Assembly (NCBI GenBank): GCA_049642725.1
Contig: JBARPC010000016.1
Location: forward strand, 14,838-78,837
Length of the DNA: 64,000 nucleotides
Reading direction: 5' to 3'
Source: Minisyncoccales bacterium
GTDB lineage: Bacteria > Patescibacteriota > Minisyncoccia > Minisyncoccales > JAGMDC01
In this document: one piece after another, positions 17,158-23,440 of the stretch
Position numbering within the stretch: position 1 is the stretch's first letter
Layout: each line of letters opens with the position of its first letter
The notes under the pieces: model-generated
Databases searched by the model: none
Told to the model about the DNA's origin: nothing
What the model saw: only the letters and a program-made list of their open reading frames with translations
Position numbers and translations under genes: made by a program

Positions 17158-17166
17158 GTTTGAAAA

Positions 17167-18108
17167 TTATTTATCATCAACATAATATTTATTTCCTTGT
17201 TTGGAAACAATGCCATGGATTTGCATTAAAGAAAGAACAGTGCCTAATTTACTGACTGGAACATTTAAACTTCTGGAAATAGCATCAATTTCCAATGGCT
17301 CTCTCTGTAAATAAGCGATTATTTTCTCTTCAAGCGGAGAAAATGAACTTTTCAAATCAAAGGGTTTGGGCTCGCCTCGCTGAAGCCATGGCGAAGCGGG
17401 CGAGGTAAGCCCCGCAGGGGCGAAAAGGGGTCTTGATTTGAAAAGTTTATTTTCAGAGCTTTCACGATAAAATCTCAAAATATCCTTAGCTGAAATTGCC
17501 ATCTCTGCTCCATCCTTAATAAGCTGTAATGTGCCTTTTGAATTTTCACTTGTTATTGGCCCAGGCACAGCAAAAAGTTTTCGTTTATATTTATTGGCAT
17601 ATCCCGCAGTAATTAAAGAACCGCTTTTTTCTCCTGCCTCTATTACTAAACAAGCTTTAGACAAGCCGGCAATAATCCTGTTTCTTTTTGGATAAGTCCA
17701 AAAAGCTGGGGCTAAATCTTTTTCAAATTCAGAAATAATCAAGCAGTTATTATTTAAAATTTCAAAGTACAAATCTTTTTGATATTCTGGATGAATAATG
17801 TCTATTCCACAGGGCATTACTGCGATTGTCCTGCCGCCGGCCATTAAAGCAGCTTTGTGAGAAACAGCATCTATTCCATACATAAAGCCAGAAACAATAG
17901 TAATGCCAGCCATAGCAATTTCTGTAATAAATCTTTCAACAACCTGTTTACCATAAGTTGTCATTCTTCTGGAGCCGACAACTGCCAAGCAGTTTTCAAA
18001 AATTTCTGAATCCCATTTTCCTTTATGATACAGCCATTTCGGCGCATCGCTTACTTCTTTTAATAATCTTGGATATACTTTATCTTGTTTTGCAACAACA
18101 CCATTCAT
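17167..18108 (-). CDS. dprA: DNA processing protein DprA (Smf)
   Basis: VVGSRRMTTYGKQV...GITIVSGFMYGIDAVSHKAAL...GRTIAVMPCGID is the DprA Rossmann core. C-terminal winged-helix-like tail. Confidence 0.9.
   Translation of the reverse strand: MNGVVAKQDKVYPRLLKEVSDAPKWLYHKGKWDSEIFENCLAVVGSRRMTTYGKQVVERFITEIAMAGITIVSGFMYGIDAVSHKAALMAGGRTIAVMPCGIDIIHPEYQKDLYFEILNNNCLIISEFEKDLAPAFWTYPKRNRIIAGLSKACLVIEAGEKSGSLITAGYANKYKRKLFAVPGPITSENSKGTLQLIKDGAEMAISAKDILRFYRESSENKLFKSRPLFAPAGLTSPASPWLQRGEPKPFDLKSSFSPLEEKIIAYLQREPLEIDAISRSLNVPVSKLGTVLSLMQIHGIVSKQGNKYYVDDK
17368..17430. repeat. GC-rich double-hairpin patch inside the dprA linker
   Basis: CTCGCC/GGCGAG plus TCGC/GCGA stems, then GCCCC-GCA-GGGGC. Encodes RPLFAPAGLTSPASPWLQRGEPKPF. 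Strongly GC-rich against AT-rich flanks. Confidence 0.6.
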
Positions 18109-18132
18109 TTAATTTTTAAAATTTAATATTAA

Positions 18133-19443
18133 TCATTTTTTCGTTATTCCTGCTTCGGATTTAGTTATTATATCTTGGTGATTGGTATTTCTAAAAGGTG
18201 AAATCACTTCATAAAAAGGAATAAAATGAATTCTTGTTTTATTAAGCTTAATCTCTTTTTTAAGCCCCAAATTGACTAAAAAAGCGTTCCGGGGTTGATA
18301 TTTCAGGATAAAATTTTTTAAGGAACGGGGAACTTCCGGTTCTTTTAATTCTTGACATTTTACTTCAATTGGGATAATTTCCTTTCCTGTATCAACTATA
18401 AAATCAACTTCGGCTCCATCTTTGGTCCGCCAAAAATGAATTCTTGACGGACTGTAATAAATTTTCTCTTTAAGAATATTAAAAATAAAATTTTCAAAAA
18501 GGAAACCAAGATTTTGCGCAATAGTTACATTGCCAAACTCTCCCAGCGAATAATTTTTTAGGCCTAAATCATTGAAATAGAAAATCGGGGTCTTGGTGAT
18601 TTCCTTGCGCACATTTTTGAAATAAGGAACCAGTTTTTCTAAGATAAATGTTTTTTGCAGATACCAAAGATAATTCTTAACTGTTTTTACTGAAATTCCC
18701 AAAGTAGAAGAAAGTTCAGAGAAATTTACTAAATTTCCTATTTGGGATGCCATTATTCTAACTAAATTGGTGAACTCTTCTGTTTTTTGAACCCCTAAAA
18801 AATAAGAAATATCCTTTTCTAAGTAGCTTTGATAAATCTCATCTATAAACTTCTTTTTTTCTTCTAACCTATCCTCTAAAACCACTCTCGGATAGCCGCC
18901 AAAATTAAGATACTCTTCAAAAAGTTCTCTTGTTTTTTCTTTGTCAATTTCAAAAAAATCAGAAAGTTTTTTTTCATATTTATAGTTGGTCCTAAAATTA
19001 ACGAATTCTTCAAAAGATAAAACATTGAGATTAAAAATTCTTTTTCTGCCAACCAATGATTCCTGAATTTTTCCTTTTAACTCAACACTGCCTGAACCGG
19101 AAACAATAAATTTATAAGGAAGATCCATATCATAAATTCCTTTCAAGAAAACGCCGGCGTTTTCTTTTCTTTGAATTTCATCAATAAAAACATATCCCTT
19201 TTCCTTTCCTATTTCTAATTGAATTTTTTTTATTAGTTTTTCCTGAGAAACGACAAATTGCTTATCTCTTTCAATATCAAGATTTAAAAAAATGGTTTTT
19301 TTTCTCTTTCCTTCCAAATGTTCTTTTAAGAAAAGCATCAGAGTAGTTTTCCCTGCTTGTCTGGGGCCAATAATAAAACTAATTTCTTTTTTAGTAAGAT
19401 GTAATTTTAATTGTTCAAATAGAACTCTTTTTATTTTTTTCAT
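18133..19443 (-). CDS. AAA ATPase with DUF4143-type C-terminal domain (paralogue A)
   Basis: Walker A GPRQAGKTTLM, Walker B VFIDEIQ, C-terminal ...RTKDGAEVDFIV... pattern of the AAA_14/DUF4143 family. Confidence 0.8.
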   Translation of the reverse strand: MKKIKRVLFEQLKLHLTKKEISFIIGPRQAGKTTLMLFLKEHLEGKRKKTIFLNLDIERDKQFVVSQEKLIKKIQLEIGKEKGYVFIDEIQRKENAGVFLKGIYDMDLPYKFIVSGSGSVELKGKIQESLVGRKRIFNLNVLSFEEFVNFRTNYKYEKKLSDFFEIDKEKTRELFEEYLNFGGYPRVVLEDRLEEKKKFIDEIYQSYLEKDISYFLGVQKTEEFTNLVRIMASQIGNLVNFSELSSTLGISVKTVKNYLWYLQKTFILEKLVPYFKNVRKEITKTPIFYFNDLGLKNYSLGEFGNVTIAQNLGFLFENFIFNILKEKIYYSPSRIHFWRTKDGAEVDFIVDTGKEIIPIEVKCQELKEPEVPRSLKNFILKYQPRNAFLVNLGLKKEIKLNKTRIHFIPFYEVISPFRNTNHQDIITKSEAGITKK

Positions 19444-19444
19444 A

Positions 19445-19519
19445 TTTTATCCTATACTTCCATTTTAGTCCGATATTTCAGGAAGTCAAGTGCTGAAATT
19501 CTCGCCACATTAGCTATTA
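19445..19519. repeat. 75-bp direct repeat, copy A (72/75 identical to 25590..25664)
   Basis: Aligned by hand, three mismatches. Contains hairpin ATTTCAG-N11-CTGAAAT and, on the minus strand, the promoter and SD of ATPase A. Confidence 0.85.
19462..19489 (-). promoter_or_regulatory. promoter of ATPase A: TTGACT-16 nt-TAAAAT, then AGGA SD
   Basis: Minus strand reads CACTTGACTTCCTGAAATATCGGACTAAAATGGAAGTATAGGATAAAATATG. Confidence 0.5.
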
Positions 19520-19545
19520 TGCAACAACACCTTCATGCATAAATT

Positions 19546-19585
19546 ATTATTGCTTAACTCGGTTAAGTTAACTCGGTTTAGCAAT
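19546..19585 (+). repeat. dispersed intergenic repeat ATTATTGCTTAACTCGGTTAAGTTAACTCGGTTTAGCAAT, copy 1
   Basis: Same 31-40 nt sequence at 47782..47821 (+) and 45985..46015 (reverse). Contains palindrome CTTAAC-TCG-GTTAAG. Confidence 0.8.
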
Positions 19586-19620
19586 GCGTTTAGTAATGCA
19601 GCGTTGTTCATCATAGCTTT

Positions 19621-19660
19621 CGGTTTAACCGAGTTTAGTTTAACCGAGTTTAACCGATTA
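19621..19660 (-). repeat. inverted, degenerate copies of the AACTCGGTT unit
   Basis: CGGTTTAACCGAGTTTAGTTTAACCGAGTTTAACCG is the reverse complement of three AACTCGGTTWA units. It forms a large imperfect inverted repeat with 19546..19585. Confidence 0.6.
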
Positions 19661-19742
19661 TTTAATATAGTCCGGTTTTAATTCTTTTAAGGTTTTTAAA
19701 AAAAACTGTCAAAAAGCCATAAACCGCATTAACCAATTCTCC

Positions 19743-19763
19743 TATACCACACAAAAGCTATCA
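19743..19763. repeat. 21-mer TATACCACACAAAAGCTATCA, copy 2 (decayed promoter copy)
   Basis: Identical to 14941..14961, but the adjoining -10 reads TATAGG instead of TATAAT. Confidence 0.7.
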
Positions 19764-19779
19764 GAAAACAGTTCTCTAT

Positions 19780-21129
19780 TTATGTCTTACGGAGAAGTGT
19801 TCTCCTAAATCCTATCAATAATCCAACTAAAATAATGATTCCTCCTAAAATATATAGCCAAGTTTTTAGGTTCTTAAACCAAATAATCTCTGGCGATGGC
19901 ACTGCTGGCTTTTCTTTTTTTATGATAAGCTTACCAAAAATCTGTTTTAGGGTTTGATTTTTGTAATCAAGAATGGCAAAAGTTATAGGATAAAGACCAG
20001 CTTCCAGAGGCATTATTTTTGCCTCATAATAGGTTTTATCTTTGTTCACTCTTAAAAGAAACGAAAATGACTTTTTCCCCTCGCCTGCCTGACTGCCGTC
20101 AGGCAATCTGGCAGGTTTTTCTAAAGTAATCATTATTATCTTTAAAACTTCTGGAACTTTTTCATATGGGATAGAAATGTTTATTGGCTGTTGAAGTCCG
20201 ACTTCAACAGCTTCTGTTTCGGTAATAAGGAGTTTTTGGTCTTCCTGAAAAAACTCAAAATCTTCAAGGGTTAGTTTTTCAATCTCTGGAAAAATTATTT
20301 CTGGCCACACTTGACAAGCATCATCATACCAATAATAGCCGGCTTCTACACATTCTTCTTCATCGGTTATTTCTTCAGCTGGAGGAGGCGGTGAAGGAGG
20401 AGGTTTTATTTTAAAAGGAACACCTGAAACAATTGCTCCTGAAGCATAGTTTTCTGATTCATCATAAGCAAAGGCAGTGTAATAATATCTTTCTTCGTTA
20501 ATTAAACCAGTATCAGTAAATGAATTTTCTTTGTCATTATAAACTGTAATGCCATGTTCCGGGTTAGCAGGATAAAATTCCGTGCTTCTTTTTATTTTCA
20601 CTGCTTTAAAATCCCACGGATTTTGCCATTTTAAAGTTATTTGGGAATCTCCGGAAATTGCCTCAAAATTACTCACATTGGCCGGGGCAGTGGTATCTAA
20701 AATGATTGAATTAGAGACCTTTTTAGATATTCCACCATCAGAACTTCTAAATTTGGCGTAAACTGTCTTTTTTCCATCTCCTTTGCTCAAAGTCCATTTT
20801 TTGGCAGTTTGATATGGCTCCCAGGAGATTCCCGAGAAATCAAGCCAATTACTGACTGCCATCTGAAAGGCATTTTTAGCTGAAAGAGCTAAAGTAACAT
20901 CTAAAGAATTAGTATAAATATCATCATTATTAATAACTAAAGACCCTGGAATAACTTCAGGAGGAATGGGCGAAATAAAAACACCGCCGCCCGGCTCTTC
21001 CGGCGTTGGCTGTTCTGGCACAGTAGCATCTACATCAATTATTCCTTGCTCATCGGCCTGAATAGATATTGGAAGAATAAGAATTAACCAGAATAAAAAA
21101 ATACTTAAAAAAAATATCTTTTTTTGCAT
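19780..21129 (-). CDS. secreted, C-terminally anchored surface protein (Ig-like plus fibronectin-III-like domains)
   Basis: Signal peptide; LVINNDDIYTNSLDVTLALSA...GDGKKTVYAKFRSSDGGIS Ig-like module; Fn3-like ITLKWQNP...YYYTAFAYDE; PPPSPPPP linker; C-terminal TM plus basic tail. Confidence 0.7.
   Translation of the reverse strand: MQKKIFFLSIFLFWLILILPISIQADEQGIIDVDATVPEQPTPEEPGGGVFISPIPPEVIPGSLVINNDDIYTNSLDVTLALSAKNAFQMAVSNWLDFSGISWEPYQTAKKWTLSKGDGKKTVYAKFRSSDGGISKKVSNSIILDTTAPANVSNFEAISGDSQITLKWQNPWDFKAVKIKRSTEFYPANPEHGITVYNDKENSFTDTGLINEERYYYTAFAYDESENYASGAIVSGVPFKIKPPPSPPPPAEEITDEEECVEAGYYWYDDACQVWPEIIFPEIEKLTLEDFEFFQEDQKLLITETEAVEVGLQQPINISIPYEKVPEVLKIIMITLEKPARLPDGSQAGEGKKSFSFLLRVNKDKTYYEAKIMPLEAGLYPITFAILDYKNQTLKQIFGKLIIKKEKPAVPSPEIIWFKNLKTWLYILGGIIILVGLLIGFRRTLLRKT
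20187..20211. repeat. perfect palindrome GCTGTTGAAGTC-C-GACTTCAACAGC (family copy 1) inside CDS
   Basis: Read directly. Encodes AVEVGLQQP in the gene frame. Confidence 0.9.
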
Positions 21130-21157
21130 TATAAAAAATTCAATAGAGTTTTCCTAA

Positions 21158-22177
21158 TCAGTTTTTTTTAATTCCAATTTTCTGGCTGGCTTTGTTAATA
21201 ATCCATCGGTTATACTTTCTGATACTAAAGATTACAAAAAACAGCAAAATCACAATTCCCGTTCCTATTACTGAAAGTAAGCGCCAGGGAAAAACCCAAA
21301 AACTTAAACTTCCTTGAGCGGTTTTTTTACTCAAACCATATTCTAAACAAAGGTCGGCTTTGTATCTGCCAATGGCAAAATTGTCTTTTTCATATTTTAG
21401 CTTCTCAAAAAATCCTTTAGGCATCTCTTCAACTTCTCTCTTCGTCCAGCTGTTTTCAAACTTCCTTATACTCTGGGGTAAAACATTACTAACCGGCTCT
21501 TCTTTTCCATCAGGCTGAACAGCAATATTGACCAAAATTTCAGATATTTTTTTACCAAAGAGATTCTTAATCTCAATTCTACCAGCCGGCTTTATATGAA
21601 CAGTGCCTGTGTTTTCAAAGCGAACCAAAAAATCAACTGGCGGATATTCATAAAAAGATTTACTCTCTTTTAACCTAAACTCAATTAATCTTCCTTCTTC
21701 TCTGATATCACCTTCTACTCTTAAAAGCACTAATGCTCCAATCTTACTTGCCACCCCTATAGTTTTTTCTCCTTCTTTAGTTGGCGGTAAAGAGCTTAAA
21801 AAAATAGCTGCATAATGGCCCCCGGGGTCAGCGTTTTCCGGCACCTTAATTTTAAAGTCAATGGTTTTCTTTTCTCCCGGGTCTAAAGTAACTGACTCTA
21901 CAGGAAACTCAATCCAGGAAGCCAAGTTTTCTTTTTCTTTCCCAATAAGAAAAAATGGTTCACTTTCTTCATTTTCTTTAGCCCGGAAATTTTGTGCCTC
22001 AAAATAAAAAGTATCAGTTCTCTCGGTCTCGTTAAAAATCTTTAAACCGGTAATTAAAACCTGACCAGGAAAAGCCCCTATTTCGTAAAGAGGAGGCGAA
22101 ATAGTTAAAGCAAAAACTGGCTGAGCTATTAACAGCCCTCCACTAATACAAAGTATCACCAGAATAAATATCTTCAT
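21158..22177 (-). CDS. surface protein resembling DUF916/DUF3324 (CscA-like): signal peptide, Ig-like body, C-terminal TM
   Basis: FALTISPPLYEIGAFPGQVLITGLKIFNETERTDTFYF resembles the chaperone-like start of DUF916 proteins. C-terminal TM GIVILLFFVIFSIRKYNRW. Family assignment is from memory, not a search. Confidence 0.55.
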   Translation of the reverse strand: MKIFILVILCISGGLLIAQPVFALTISPPLYEIGAFPGQVLITGLKIFNETERTDTFYFEAQNFRAKENEESEPFFLIGKEKENLASWIEFPVESVTLDPGEKKTIDFKIKVPENADPGGHYAAIFLSSLPPTKEGEKTIGVASKIGALVLLRVEGDIREEGRLIEFRLKESKSFYEYPPVDFLVRFENTGTVHIKPAGRIEIKNLFGKKISEILVNIAVQPDGKEEPVSNVLPQSIRKFENSWTKREVEEMPKGFFEKLKYEKDNFAIGRYKADLCLEYGLSKKTAQGSLSFWVFPWRLLSVIGTGIVILLFFVIFSIRKYNRWIINKASQKIGIKKN

Positions 22178-22191
22178 AAATTCACTATAAT

Positions 22192-23385
22192 TTAATACTT
22201 TCCTGTTCCGGTAAGAGTTATTACGTCAGAATAAGTGCCGGCCGCTGTAGTTGAAGAAATAGCCGCGTTCAGAGCTACATCAGCAGTGGCATCAACAACA
22301 GCAGAAGCTGAAGCAATGGTCTGGTTGGTCGTGCTAATGGCGAGATCAGTATTGGTGTCGTCGTCAAAGCCCTCGTCAATGTTCAAAGTGCCTGTAATGT
22401 CTGTCACATTCTTCACATAGAGAGCATAGCCCTCGCTGCCGCTGGAAACGGATGAGCTGGCAACCGCGGCAATCAGCTTGGTTGGCGAGCTTGACTTGTA
22501 AAGTCCTGCTGAACCATTGCCTTCAACGCCAGTTCCATTGCCTTTGCTTCGGGCTGAAACAATTGCGCCATTAGGAGCATTAGTAGTAATGGTGATCTCT
22601 GTCGGCTCACCATTGGACGCCGCTGAAGTAGAACCGGTCCCATCAGCAGTGGCAAAGCGCTCGGTCGTAGCGGAAAATGTGCCAAAGCCGATGTCAAGGT
22701 CATCAATAGAAAAAGTAAGCATAGCATCAACCGTAGCGCTTACCGCAACTGTAGAGTCAGAAAGGATAGACAGGGCGTAGCTTCCGCTATCAATTGAAGT
22801 GTCCACGGCACTACAGGTAGATGCAGTGGCAGTGGTATAGGATGTATCCAACCCGGTGGCGACAGTAACCTTAATGTTATCTGCCGCGGTTGTCGCAGTC
22901 CCAAGTTTTGCGGTAGCACCGTCCGCAATCTTCACCCCATACTTGGTACTACCTGTCAGGGACGAACCGTCATCGGCGCAGATATAAATTGTGTCATAAC
23001 TTGAAGCGCCGCTCCCCGCCACACACCGCGCGACTAGTTCTGAACCAGGCAGACCAGTAGCGCTGTCCTCGGTAATAGCTGTGGCGCTTAGATCGTCGCC
23101 CGCTGTCGCGCACCACTGACCATCATGGGCATCAGGGAATTCCAGCTTAATAATCACCGCGTTACCACCGGCACTTCCATCCTCGGTATGAGCGCTGGGA
23201 GGCGTGAAAACAATATAGTGACTCACTCCAGTATCCTTGTTCTCTTCTACATCGCTTAACCGGTCATAAATGTTAGTTAAAGCAGCAGCCCCGGAAAAAT
23301 GAATTGGCGGAAACAACAGAACCGATGTCATTATCACTGTCAACAAGACAATAACCTTAACTAAAAATTTCTTTAATATTATCAT
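22192..23385 (-). CDS. secreted Ala/Thr/Ser/Gly-rich fibre- or pilin-like protein
   Basis: Signal peptide. The C-terminal ~170 aa module (LTFSIDDLDIGFGTF...AGTYSDVITLTGTGKY) is shared with the C-terminus of 23441..25465. The terminal G-x-Y-x-x-x-I/L-T-L pattern resembles WxL-type or fimbrial subunit ends. Confidence 0.6.
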   Translation of the reverse strand: MIILKKFLVKVIVLLTVIMTSVLLFPPIHFSGAAALTNIYDRLSDVEENKDTGVSHYIVFTPPSAHTEDGSAGGNAVIIKLEFPDAHDGQWCATAGDDLSATAITEDSATGLPGSELVARCVAGSGASSYDTIYICADDGSSLTGSTKYGVKIADGATAKLGTATTAADNIKVTVATGLDTSYTTATASTCSAVDTSIDSGSYALSILSDSTVAVSATVDAMLTFSIDDLDIGFGTFSATTERFATADGTGSTSAASNGEPTEITITTNAPNGAIVSARSKGNGTGVEGNGSAGLYKSSSPTKLIAAVASSSVSSGSEGYALYVKNVTDITGTLNIDEGFDDDTNTDLAISTTNQTIASASAVVDATADVALNAAISSTTAAGTYSDVITLTGTGKY

Positions 23386-23440
23386 ATTTTTTTATTCTTT
23401 AATATTTTATCATTTTAAAAGAGAATAAGCTATAATCTAT

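Noticed and set aside
16935-17216. 93-aa minus-strand ORF spanning the comM-dprA spacer
   Set aside because: It runs through the dprA terminator, two plus-strand promoter-like sites and the tRNA-like hairpins, and overlaps the dprA 3' end. It has no start context or recognisable motif. Best explained as a chance ORF.
22235-22928. Several 61-87-aa ORFs on both strands inside 22192..23385 (also 23638..23829, 24087..24392, 27202..27402, 27598..28044)
   Set aside because: These are off-frame or antisense shadows made possible by the locally higher GC and repeat structure of the surface-protein genes. The long frames have signal peptides and coherent domain repeats.
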